A stretch of 63,191 nucleotides of DNA, counting the filler, from Reclinomonas americana ATCC 50394 (Eukaryota): NCBI GenBank assembly GCA_048213135.1. It is 12 parts of 12 records of this genome, joined end to end, with 100 filler letters (N's around TTAATTAATTAA, not from the genome) between each part and the next. Parts side by side here need not be neighbours in the genome. Positions count along the whole stretch, not along the records: positions 21,947 to 26,382 come from AFZH01017383.1; positions 26,483 to 28,813 come from AFZH01017384.1; positions 28,914 to 31,319 come from AFZH01017385.1; positions 31,420 to 39,415 come from AFZH01017387.1; 8 more parts are not named here. One strand, 5' to 3'. A program made the position numbers and the translations under genes. The notes under the pieces were generated by a model. It was not told the DNA's origin. It did no database searches and saw only the letters and a program-made list of their open reading frames with translations. Positions 25,223 through 36,486 of the stretch are shown piece by piece; position 1 is the first letter of the stretch, and each line of letters starts with the position of its first letter.

Positions 25223-26637
25223 ATGGCAGCTGCCGCTGGTTCGTCTCTCTCTTTCTCTCTCTTCTCCCTCTCTCCTCTTCGTGTGTGTGTTTGTTCACTG
25301 ATAGCGTACACAGAGGACGTGGTGGACGACGAGGTCAACAGCGACAAGGAAAACGATGAAGCCGAGGCGCCCGTTGACGAGGACGGAGCAGTCTATGTCA
25401 ACTACTGTCGCGATCGAGTGCGTGAGAGAGAGGGAGAGAAGGCGCACACCACGTGTGTACTGAGTGTGCTGTGCTGTGCGCGCACGCAGGTCATGTACGA
25501 GAAGGGCTACTCGTGGGTGCTTCACACACCGAAAAAGTGTTACCATGCGGCGCATGTGGTGTGGACGGCCGTGTGTGGCATGCGAACTGGAGAACAGGTG
25601 CCTGAGGGACAAGCATGCTTCTGTGGAACCGGCATTGCCAAGGTCACACTCTTTTGCTCACACACTCGAAGATTGGATCACTCACGCTGCTGCGTGCTGC
25701 GTGCTGCTGTGCAGGGCCACTTGTTCTGTCACGGGCGTGTGTCGTTCTCGCCGGGTCACGTGGCAGAGATCCACTCGAAAGAGGCGATGGAGCGAGGCGA
25801 TGGGGCGCTTGTGGATGCACAGTGGCTGCGAGAGCAGTGTGACACGCTGAAACGCGAGGTCAAGAAGGAGCGCGAGGAGGCGGTGCAGGCAAAGAAGTCG
25901 CTGCGTGGAGCCATCGATCAGAAGAATCGCCTGGCGGCGCAGACGAGCGAGGCGGAGAGGAGCATGCGTGATATGAAGGAGCAGGTGCGAGCGAGCGTGT
26001 GTGGCGTGTAAGGAAGGTAGATGGTCGTCGTGTGCTCATCATCGCCTTGTTGTGGCTGATGCAGTTGATGGCGATGGAGGCCGAGGTGGCCGACATGCAG
26101 CAGAAGCTCAAGGCGGCCAAGTCGCAGGCAGTCATGGCTGCGCGGGCGCGCAAGCCGGCGCCTGCACCGACTCCGGAACCTGTGCCGGCCACCATGGTCG
26201 CCATGCAGCCTGCGCCGACCCGGCCACGCAGGAAACGACGACCGCTCTCAGCCCGTCAACTCGAATCGCGAACCAAGACGCTTCTCGATGACGACGACGA
26301 TGACGGTGCTGGTGGTGGTGGTGGTGGTGGTGGTGGTGATGCACGGGATCCGGAGTCGAAAGGAGTTGGTGTGGCGCAGGCGNNNNNNNNNNNNNNNNNN
26401 NNNNNNNNNNNNNNNNNNNNNNNNNNTTAATTAATTAANNNNNNNNNNNNNNNNNNNNNNNNNNNNNNNNNNNNNNNNNNNNCATTACGTGCCGCTGCAA
26501 ATCGGTGGTATGCGACCCAGTGGCTCGATGGCGTACGGCCCGGCCGGTGGCTATCCCACACGATCCGCCGTCATGTTGGGACCGTGGAATTCGGCAAGCG
26601 TCGGCGCGTTGCGAAGATGAGTCGCGGACGCGTATGA
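25223..26637 (+). CDS. Hypothetical protein: acidic N-terminus, Cys/His-rich segment, coiled coil
   Basis: Frame-consistent GT-AG exons from MAAAAAYTEDVV; coiled coil LKREVKKEREEA…; probable final exon …GKRRRVAKMSRGRV* after linker 26383-26482. Confidence 0.55.
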
Positions 26638-26792
26638 TGATTATTAATGATGGTTGTTGTTGTTGTTGTTGTTGTAAAAGAAGTAGTTGGTATTGTCGCC
26701 TGCTGCCAGCGTCCAGATCGTACGTGCCTTCGACAGTCGCAGACGGACAACTGTGTGCGTGTGTGACAACTCGGACACACCGCTTTCGTTGA

Positions 26793-28474
26793 ATGATGGC
26801 CAGCGTGGGTGCACCCGCAGCTCGCCAGTCATGGGAAGCGGCCTCACTGATCCGCTCATATCCACCCGTGTTTCGCACGCGGAACAAGCAGTGGGTGTAC
26901 GAGCGCAGCTCCGAGAGGTTGGGTCGCACTGCATGTTGACATCTGTCTTGCAATCGAGTGGATCTTTGACACACGTCTTTGTGCAACAGTCCATACGAGG
27001 GCGTGGTGACGTATGCACGGTACACAGAGGTTCCGAAGCTCGACGGCCTGCGCATTCCGTCAGAGTCGTCCACCATCATCATGCAGAGGTGAGGATATTT
27101 TCGTCTGCATCGATGATGTTGGCCTCCGTTTTCTGATCCCGTGTGCAGAGAGGATGTGTTTGACTACAAACCTGTGGTGGAGGGTGCCGTGGAGTGGCAT
27201 CTCAACTTTGCGGATCCGTTGCGTCGCTTTTGCGATTGATCCGCATGCGCAGCGCGACTCACTTGGTGCCGCGCAGTGATCTGTTTGGCTACTATTCGGG
27301 CTCGTTGTACGCGCAAGACGAGATGCAAGTGCAGGAGCACCCGATTCTTGGTGAGTTCTGCGGCTGCCTGGCGCGCTTTTCGGTCGTTTCTCATGACTGT
27401 GTGCTCACATCACAGCCTCGGTCCGGGCGGCCGCCATGGAACTCTCCAAGGGCGATCCCGCGTTCACGCCATGGACAGCGGCTGCCCGATCGCCCACGCC
27501 GTGCCTCGTCAGTGGTGTTCAACGGTGCGTCTCGAGTTGGTGTGTCCAGCGACTCAACGCGGACAGCTGATTTGATGGCGGTGCTTGTAGGCGAGTGACG
27601 GTGGACACCAATCCAAACCCCAGCAAAGGCATCATGCGCTCACTGTACGGCAACGCCTTCTCGGCCGCGCCACTCGAGATGATTCAGCGCGCGACCACTG
27701 TCTTCCAGTCGCCGACAGTGAGCAACATTCTGGCCATTGCAGCCCCTGGAGTTGCATGCCGCTGCTGTGCTTCCTCTGCTTGTGACCGCTCGACTCAATC
27801 CACGCGGGTGTGCGCACAGGGTGGCCACGGCGTGTACAGTCGCGATGACGTTCGACGGATCCTCCGCACCGCAGTGGCCGGTGAGCTGCCTGTAGCTTCT
27901 CGGGAGATAATATGATGACTCACGCACTTGGGTGCAGGCTTTGCAGCGGCTGTCGCCGAATCACATACCCTCTGTGTCGAGAAGGGTGTAGGTGCCGTAC
28001 TGTCTGTGCACTCATGCACTACTCCACACCTCACTCATTCCTCTGCGTTGTGTGTCAGACCCTGGACCCGTGGTCATCCACACCGGCAACTGGTACTCCC
28101 TCCTGTTTCCGTACCACTCACCGACACTGACTCACCCTCGTACACAGGGGCTGTGGCGCGTTTGGCGGCAACCTGGCCATCATGGCCACCCTGCAATGCC
28201 TGGCCGCCCATATCACCGGCATCCACACACTCATGTACCACACAGTGCACCGCGAAGGCACGCGAGGATTCGAAGAGGTACTCCACACACGCACACGCCC
28301 TGCTGGCTCCCTCAAAAAGCGCAACGCAACTCACCACTGCCTCTCCTCATCCAGGGCTACACCTTCTACCGCGCGCTCGTGAGCGACCCCAAAGACCGCA
28401 CGCTGAACCTCGACAACATTATCGAGCAAATCGTGCAGAAAGAGTTCACATGGGGCGTCTCCGACGGAAACTAG
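26793..28474 (+). CDS. PARG-like (macrodomain) ADP-ribose glycohydrolase family protein
   Basis: EWHLNFADPDLFGYYSGSLYAQDEMQVQEHPIL resembles the PARG DFAN…QEE catalytic loop; VVIHTGNWGCGAFGGN (across an intron) matches the PARG TGxWGCGAF motif. Confidence 0.75.
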
Positions 28475-28648
28475 AAAGAGAGAAGGAAGAAGAGACACAC
28501 CCGGCGTCTGTCTGTAGAGCTAAAGTAACAAGAAAAAACGCCCGACACACACCAGTCAATTCACTGTGACGTGCGATAGAGAAGCAGGGAATTGCACATG
28601 AATGAATGTCTCCTATGTTGTCGATGTTGTTGTTGTTGTTGTATGACT

Positions 28649-29042
28649 CTATTGTTGTGGCTTGGGCGGCGGTGTGGCAGTGGCGTACAGGTACAGCACA
28701 ATGAAGCTGAATGTTGCCATGCCAAGCAACTGCACAATCACGTATACCTGTGCGATGGTTGTGTGTGTAAGAGAGAGAGGCAAAGGAGGAAGCAGTGCGC
28801 TGTGTGTGGAAGANNNNNNNNNNNNNNNNNNNNNNNNNNNNNNNNNNNNNNNNNNNNTTAATTAATTAANNNNNNNNNNNNNNNNNNNNNNNNNNNNNNN
28901 NNNNNNNNNNNNNGAGAGAGAGCGCGCGGAGAATGCACGCGTGTCGAATGTCTTCTTTCACACACAGTCGCGTGTGCGTTGTGCGTGCGTCTCTCTGCAG
29001 CAACAGCAGCAAGGCAGACGCAACTTGATCGTCGGTAATCAT
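28649..29042 (-). CDS. OST4: Oligosaccharyltransferase subunit OST4 (38 aa, two exons 29042-29025 and 28747-28649)
   Basis: MITDDQ|VYVIVQLLGMATFSFIVLYLYATATPPPKPQQ* matches the OST4 pattern MITDxQL…LG…F.LVVLYH without gaps; the intron crosses linker 28814-28913; absent from the ORF track. Confidence 0.88.
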
Positions 29043-29113
29043 CCTCTCTCTCTCAGCACACACACGCACACACAAAGTCCTGCACGTCCGACAGACCGAC
29101 TCTTCTTCTCTCA

Positions 29114-30623
29114 ATGCTTGCGCAGCAGTTCCGCACTGCGTTTGCCTTTGATGGTACGTGAGAGAGAGAGAGGCACATACACACATGCACTTGTGCATAA
29201 CGTCTCTCACACAGGCGCGGTCAATTGGTTTCCGGGACACATGGTCAGTGCAACGCGCGCCATCGAGCAGCGACTGCGCCACGTGCACTTGCTGATTGAA
29301 GTCCGCGATGCACGAGTTGCATACACACACACTGTCTCTCCCTATATGCTCTCCTCTCTCACACAAGGCGCTCTGCAGATCCCATTCTCGTCGCGGAATC
29401 CGGCACTCGAGGCACTGGCCATCAGTGGGCGACGACCGCGACTGATTGTCTTCACCAAGGCCGATCTGGCCAATCCAAACTTGCAGTCGGTGAGCAGGTG
29501 GAAGAGGGGAGTGTCGTCCTCTTTGCCTTTCGTTATTGTTGCTGTTGCTCAAGAGCACGTGGACGGCAGTCGCTGTCGGAGTATTTCCACGCCAAGCGAC
29601 AACCCGTGTATTTTGTGAGTGCCGAGGCCACGGTTGATATCCGGGCCAAGCGGAAAGGTGAGGAGTATGTGAGGTGAGCGATGCAGGTGACGCTGACGTT
29701 TGGTTGCAGCGGCCAGTGACATTTTGCGATTGGCGGAGACGGCCATGGAGAGTGCGGGGGCGGCGTACAAGAGGTTTCGTACGCTGCCGGCGTCGATCAT
29801 GGTGCTGGGCATGCCGAATGTGGGCAAGTCGTCGCTCATCAACATGCTCCGTGCTGGTTCCGGTGGCGGCAACAGCAGCAGTGGTCCTGCAGCAGGTGCG
29901 CTGACCGTGCACTCGAGCTTTGCTACATTCTTGCTCACCTGCAGTGTGTGCAGCGAATTCATTCAGTGTCGGTGGTGGCGCGCGAGTGAAAACAGGCGCA
30001 CTACCTGGCGTGACAAGAGAAGTGAGCGGCATCCGAATCTCTCGCGATCCACCACTGCTGCTGGTCGACACGCCAGGCATCATGGTTCCGCGAGTGGACG
30101 ACCCGATTGTTGGACTGCGACTGGCGCTGTGTGGTACGGTGCTTCTCGCCTTCTCCCTTCGTGCGGTGCTGTGCTTGACTCGGGGAGGCGTCCACCGCGC
30201 AGCCAATGTAAGACCAGATGCGGTCGCCGCCGATGTTCTCGCCGACTTTCTGCTCTTTACGATGAATCGCCGCCATCGCTTCGAATACACGAAGGTATAT
30301 GGCATGCCACAACCCGTAGACTCCATCGATGACCTGGTGGATGGTGAGTCCACCGCTTTGCCTCTCTTGCCCGACTCAGCCACTGACACACACACCCTCC
30401 GGACTGCCGGTACCCAGCCATCTGTCGAAAGATGAAATGGGGCAGCGGTCCCGTCGGCACCACATCGCTGGTGGAGACACGAGAACGTGCATGTCGGCAC
30501 TTTCTGCGCTGCTTCCGCGAGCTGCGGTTCGGACGCATGACGCTCGACGACATTCCCCGAGCAGGCGAAGACGGCGACAATCCAAACCTCGCCGTCGAAG
30601 TTGTCAGTGAAAACGTCGACTGA
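29114..30623 (+). CDS. MTG1: Mitochondrial ribosome assembly GTPase MTG1 (RbgA/YlqF family)
   Basis: NWFPGHM, EVRDAR|IPFSSRNP, FTKADL, VLGMPNVGKSSLIN, GALPGVTR, LVDTPGI, FRELRFGRMTLD: circularly permuted GTPase. Confidence 0.92.
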
Positions 30624-30632
30624 AATTGGGCG

Positions 30633-30713
30633 GGAGATCACATCACCACGCGAGTCGGAGATCACATCACCAGATCGCAGATCAAGATCACTGCCTCGGA
30701 GATCACATCACCA
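30633..30713. repeat. Three direct copies of GGAGATCACATCACCA between MTG1 and the next gene
   Basis: Exact 16-mers at 30633-30648, 30657-30672 and 30698-30713, with extra AGATC cores between copies 2 and 3. Confidence 0.9.
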
Positions 30714-30811
30714 TTTGTCTGGTACCCTATAGGGTGAGATTTGCAAGGTCGAAGTCGTAGGACACGCAGCTCTCCGCACATATCACTTCCCCCTTGCACC
30801 ACACGCACACC

Positions 30812-31319
30812 ATGTTTGGCGGTGTGTTTGACTTTTCCAGCTACGACGAGACAGCCATTCGCGAGAAGCGACGGCGTCGTCAGCTCGAGGAAGAGGAGCG
30901 ACAGCGGCGAGTGGCAGAAGAACAGGAGCATGCCAAGGTGAATGAGCAACACAGCAAGAAAGAGAGAGAGAGTGAGTGAAGCCGCACAGAGAGGTAGAGA
31001 GAGACAGGGAGTTGTGTGTGTGTGTGAGTGAGAGAGACAGGGAAGAGAAAAGTTCCGAGGGATGGCCATGTCCGGAGCGCACACACACGCACAGTGTGTT
31101 CTCTCAGAGAGTCACATGCTGCTCTCCTGTGTACGAAGACCACACAAGAAACAACAGAGAGAGAGAGAGAGAAAGAGAGAAGAAGAGAATCATGATATTG
31201 TGTTTGTTGTTGATGGTTGTTGGTTAGCTTGTTCACTCACAATGCACACCCACACACAGATTACGGCGACGACGCGCACTCGCAACCGCGTTTTCGAGGA
31301 AACTGCTGTAGTCGCTGCG
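30812..31319 (+). CDS. Hypothetical charged protein, truncated by gap
   Basis: MFGGVFDFSSYDETAIREKRRRRQLEEEERQ…HAK, GT donor, long intron, second exon running into linker 31320. Confidence 0.5.
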
Positions 31320-31449
31320 NNNNNNNNNNNNNNNNNNNNNNNNNNNNNNNNNNNNNNNNNNNNTTAATTAATTAANNNNNNNNNNNNNNNNNNNNNNNNN
31401 NNNNNNNNNNNNNNNNNNNATTGGCGGGAAACCCAACACGATCAGAAAG

Positions 31450-31677
31450 ATGAGTGGAGCAGGGCGCACGCGACGTGCTGTCTTTGCCGACGACCCTGTG
31501 ACAGTGCGTGTGGCCTCGCGCCACGCAAAGTCCTTTGATGGCGGCGATGAGGAGAGTGGCAGCGAAGTCGAACAAGACATCCTTCCTCGTCGCTCCTCCT
31601 CCTCTTCTTCTTCTTCAGCACCAGGACGACCGCTGCCATCATCGTCATCGCTCGCCTCCGCCACCGCCACATTGGCA

Positions 31678-31708
<31 letters not shown>

Positions 31709-34231
31709 ATCTCGCAGCATTGCCGTTACACGAACAGCGAGAGATCTTGCGGATGGCGCATTTGGAGCGCGACGAGATGGAGAACCTGGAGCAGGCGTTG
31801 CACGAGCAGGCCAAGCGACACTGTTGAGTATGTGCTGAGCTGGAAGCGGCTTGCTGATGCACCGAGGGGAGCCTGATCTCGCGTCGTGTGACTGTGGCAG
31901 ATCGGGAGCACTCGGTGGCGAAGCAGGTGGATGAGCTGTTCACGACGAGCGAACGCGTGCAGCGAGCCATGCAGAGACAGGTGGAGGAGCATGGTGTGCA
32001 GGTCGCCGAGGCCGTTGTGCACGAGAAGGTGTGCGGAGGCCGGTCGGAGGGCGAGAGATGAAGTGACTGATTTTGTCGTGCAGGATGTGGATCGTCGCAT
32101 GCGAGCGCAGCGCGAGATGCTGGTGGCTCTCGAGCGAGAGCACGCCGAGTTGCGGCAGTACTGTGCGTCGCTGGAGACGCAGTGGAGCGAGTCGCAGCAG
32201 GCGCAGGCCGATGAGGCTGCGAAGACCTTGTTGCGTCGGTCGTGCTTCGTGCTCAGTGTTTGAGCGATGAGACTCACGTGCCTCGGCCGCAGTGAGTACG
32301 TACAACGACTGGTCGACGAGAATGCGGACTTGGCGATTCGTTTGCGTGCCACGGAAGAGGATGTCACGCATCTGCGAACGCGGTTGCAGGAATCGGTATC
32401 TATCGCTGGTTGTTTCCTTCTCTCTCGCCCGTGAGTTGTCCGACCGCGTTTCCTTGCAGGAGAAGCGCAGACAACAACTGGAGACCATGGTGCTGAGTGA
32501 GGTCGCCACGGCGAAGCTCGAGTCGCACGTCAGCAACGTCGTCTTTCCGGTGGAACGCAAGCTGAATGAACTTGCCGTGCGCGAGATCACACCCAGCATG
32601 GTGCACCGATCGCAGCCGCCTCGCGAGTTGTTGCGTACACGCCAGTCGCCATCTTCGTTCTATCTTTCTCCTCTATAGTTGCTAAAACGACGCGTGACAG
32701 CCTCTCGGATGTACCACCACCGGCAGCCATTGCTGCGGCCGAGATTCGTGATCGTGAGAACCGCCAGCTGCTGGAGGAATTGCGGCGAAAGGAACTCGCT
32801 TTGCAGTTGCGCCGCTTGCTCTCACCCTTTGTACAAAGCAATCAGTCTCCCGCTAATACGGATGAACAGGGAGAGCCGTGATCGGTGTCGCGTGCTCGAG
32901 GAGCGTATGCGTGCCCTCGGTCTCCAGAGCAGGCGGGCGGCGGCAGAGGCCGCACAGCGACTTCTCGGTGCTGCACGGCGCATTCAGTTCCTCCTCACCG
33001 AAAACACCAAGCAGCGCGAGGTACTGGCGCAAAAGGACAAGTATGTGGCGAAGCTCGAGCACAAGGTGCTGCAGCAGTCGAATCAACGCAGTGAGGTGGC
33101 CAAGAAGACCCTGAAGGAGGCCAACACGAGTTTCGTGTGCCTTGTTCCCGTCATTTGTTTTGTCTGCGCTCACAGAGTGTGCTGCATGTGGCGCAGAGGT
33201 CCGACAGCAGATTACCAAACCCGGAAGCGCGCCTCCACAGCCCGACCGCGTTCGACCGAGAACTGCTCCCACTGCGACAACTCGCGTCGCCGCTTCAGCT
33301 GCTGCTGCCGCTGCTGCTTCTGCTACAGCTACCAACACCGCGTCGACAATCACCAGCGGCGCTGCGTCGACGGCAACACATGCGCCACCGCAGCACGCCA
33401 GCAGTTTTGAGCGTGATTACTCGGAGCTGGCACGTCTGTGGGACGAGCAGATGCAGACGATCGCGACGGGCGGACGTAGTGCCGTTGGTGAGTTGGCACT
33501 GGAGTGGTCCCTATCTCTATCATGCTCACCACGACCACAGCGCGTGAAACAGAGGATCGCAGCGAGTTGTCGGTGTTCGAGCTGAGCGCTGCCTCCACAC
33601 CTGCAACCGCAGCTGCCGGGACTCCAGCGGGTGGTGGGATCGGTGGGCGAGCACCCGACGCCTCTCTGCGCGAATCGTCGAGGTCACTGGCCGGTTCGGA
33701 TCGACTGCGCCGTGTGGAGGGCATCTTGGAGCGCCTTGAGATTCAGCAGCGTGACATGGAGAGCGAGTTTGCCGATGTGAGGTCGCCCTCGGTGACCACG
33801 CCGGCGACCACCGCCTCCAATGCCACCACCGTGTTGCAGAGTCCACAGGTTGGTGTCTTTTTTTCTCGTTTGCAATGCTCCCTCGGTCAACAATGCTAAT
33901 CGCACGATTGCCTTGCAAGTCGCGACGATGGGCTGGCGAACGACGCCGACGCGTGGTGGCGCAGCCAGTGTCGCCGTCGCGCTCGGCAAACGGAAGCGTC
34001 AACAGCACTGCAGAGCCAGTGGTAACGATAATGTCCCCGGCGGCCGCAAACACACGCAACCGACGGCGTGTCTCGGAGGAGGATGTGTCGCTGTTTGGCG
34101 ACGCCGATCGTGCCACCCTCCGCTACCTGGCCGACATGCATCGTGGCGCCCCGCAACTGGTCAGAGCGGCCTCGGTCGACGACTCGCTGCTCGGTGCAGT
34201 GGGGGTGGGTCGGAGAGATCGCCGAAGATAG
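31450..34231 (+). CDS. Coiled-coil protein with disordered termini
   Basis: Frame-consistent exons with heptad-like LALQESRDRCRVLEERM…LAQKDKYVAKLEHKVL; Ser/Ala/Thr-rich linkers. Confidence 0.6.
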
Positions 34232-34313
34232 CAGTAGCAGTAGTAATAACACATAATGTCGATACACTTACGACTTGCATTCCGCGGCAGCCAACAAAAA
34301 CAAACGTACACGA

Positions 34314-35402
34314 TCAGCTGACAAACTCGTGCATGAGACTCTCGGTCTTGGTGACATTCTTGTCGGCCATGCGACGCTCGGTGGGTACCGCCACAAGATC
34401 CTCGACTTGGTTCCTGGTGTAGAAGGTGAAGATGTTTTTGCTGTTGCTCCACGTGACTCCACCGTCGCGGGAGACCTGCGGTCGCTCACGTTTACACAAT
34501 CTTTCGACACATACACACTACCACACCCCCACACGCACCTCCACAAACACTGGCCCTGGTGGGTGCGACGGAGCCACGCACTCAATCTCGTGCGCCTGCG
34601 CCGCACGCGGCATCACCAGCAGCTGCCCGAAGCGAATGCTGATGCGATCGGCCGGCGACATGCGCAAGTTCTCGCCAATGATCCGCACACGCACACCACC
34701 TGCCCCCACGCCCATCAGCACACACCAACCAGCCACCCACCTAACCAACCCAACAACAACAACAACAGACACAAACCCTCAGTGAGACACGCATCCGGGG
34801 ACAACTCCATGATCAGCGGTCTCTGCACGTCGCCATCGTCGGCACACGATCCTCCAGCCGCCGCACCGGAACCCTGCGCCTCGCTCTCCATCTGCGTCAT
34901 CACGCCCTGCTCCACCGCCGACACACGATCCTCTCGCGTCGGCGACGACAAGGCACTGGCCTGCAAGCGACGAACAACCTCATCTGTCGTTGTCGTTGTC
35001 GTCGTCGTCGTTGTTGTTGTTGTTGTTGTTGACTCAGACACTGATCGTCGCAACGAGTCGTCAGAGGAGGCAGCAGCCGAGGCCGGTCGTGGCGGCATCG
35101 ACAGCCACACTTGCGAGTCTTCGGTGAGCGCCGCCTGTCGCACCGTGCTCTGACCAACAGTCCACGATGTGCCTAGACACAGAACACATGTGAGCACTTT
35201 CCAACTCGCTCGCTCTCTCTCTCCCACGCACACACACACACGCGCAGAGACCAGAGTGTGTCAACTGCATGCGCGCCAAGGACTGCGCGGCAGCCGAGGT
35301 CGGATCCACATGCAACGCGCGTGCACACAGTGACAAGAGCGGCTCGTCGGCTTCCCTCAGTTGAACCTCAATCGCTGCGCCTCCACCAAAGTGCAACTTC
35401 AT
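34314..35402 (-). CDS. IPT/TIG domain protein
   Basis: PLIMELSPDACLTEGGVRVRIIGENL…SIRFG…IECVAPSHPPGPVFVEV…FTFY is a typical IPT/TIG pattern; preceded by a poly-Thr linker and a small possibly ubiquitin-like N-terminal domain. Confidence 0.8.
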
Positions 35403-35489
35403 GGTTTGCGCGTGCTCACACTGACACAAAGAACGAGAGCGGAGTGTGATCGGAGCTCGAGTGGACGGAAGCTCGTTTTTGCATACAGG

Positions 35490-36438
35490 ATGGCGGCGAT
35501 CAAGGTGCGTCTTGCTGTTGCTGTTGGAGAGTGAGAGAGATGTGTACTTACTGTGGGAGCACAGCTGGAAGACTGCGGTGTGCGACTGGAACCCGTAATG
35601 CAGCGACATCTTGCGCGCATCACTGAGAGCATCATGTTCTCCAAGGAGCAAATGCAACGGTGGATCACGTGGGCTGCCACCTTTAACGGTTTGCGCAGGC
35701 GCTTTGTGTACTTCTCTTATCCCCTTTGCATCGCTGACACACACACACAGGAGAAGAGTCGGGTCTTGCATGGGTGAAACGCGCCACTGATGGGCGAGCA
35801 GCGGGCACTGCATACACGTACGTGATCATTGAGGGTGATCAGGAGGAGGTTGGAGGCGGCAGTGGGTCGGCGGCGATTGGAGGGCGAGTGCTGGGCGCAG
35901 TGGCCTTCTTCTCCATCTGTCCACTCAATCGCAGCGCGTTTGTGGGCTACTGGCTGCGCACGGATTGTGTGGGACGTGGGCTGGCCACGCGTGCCGTGCA
36001 GTGCATGGTCCAGCTGGCGTTTGGGCGTCTCAGTGAGCTGCAGGCGGTCGATTGTGTGGGCGATGACGATGGAACACCGGCGCCGCTGTTGCCGGAGGTG
36101 TCGCTGAATCGACTGGTGTTCGAGGTGCTTTGCCCTTTCTCCCTCTCTGTGCCGTTGTTCGTGCATCGCTCAGTGGCCACCGCCCCGTGTGCAGATTCAC
36201 TGCGATAATCACAAGTCAAAGGGCGTGGCCACGGTTCCGTGCATGTGGGGTTTATTTCTGTGTTCCGTTTTCTGAAGCCTCATGCTGTTGCTGTTGTTTG
36301 TTGCAGCGCGTCGGATGCCTGTTGGAGGGCATTCATCGCGAGGCGTACTATATCGGATCGCAACTCGACGATATGTGGGTGTACGCCATTCTCGCCAAGG
36401 ACATGGATCGCGCTCATCTCATGTGGAAGAAGAAATAA
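35490..36438 (+). CDS. RimJ/RimL-family GNAT N-acetyltransferase
   Basis: VRLEP…WITWA; AFVGYWLRTDCVGRGLATRAV (acetyl-CoA loop); IHCDNHKS; VGCLLEGIHREAYYIG…DMWVYAIL. Confidence 0.88.
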
Positions 36439-36486
36439 TAATGCACCTCGCGCGGTTCACTTTCTGTCACGCACTGCATGCACAGC

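Noticed and set aside
28866..30665. 599-aa minus-strand ORF
   Set aside because: Antisense shadow of the spliced MTG1 gene in GC-rich DNA; no domain content.
30633..30713. Possible CRISPR array
   Set aside because: Repeats only 16 bp, unequal short spacers, no cas genes, eukaryotic context.
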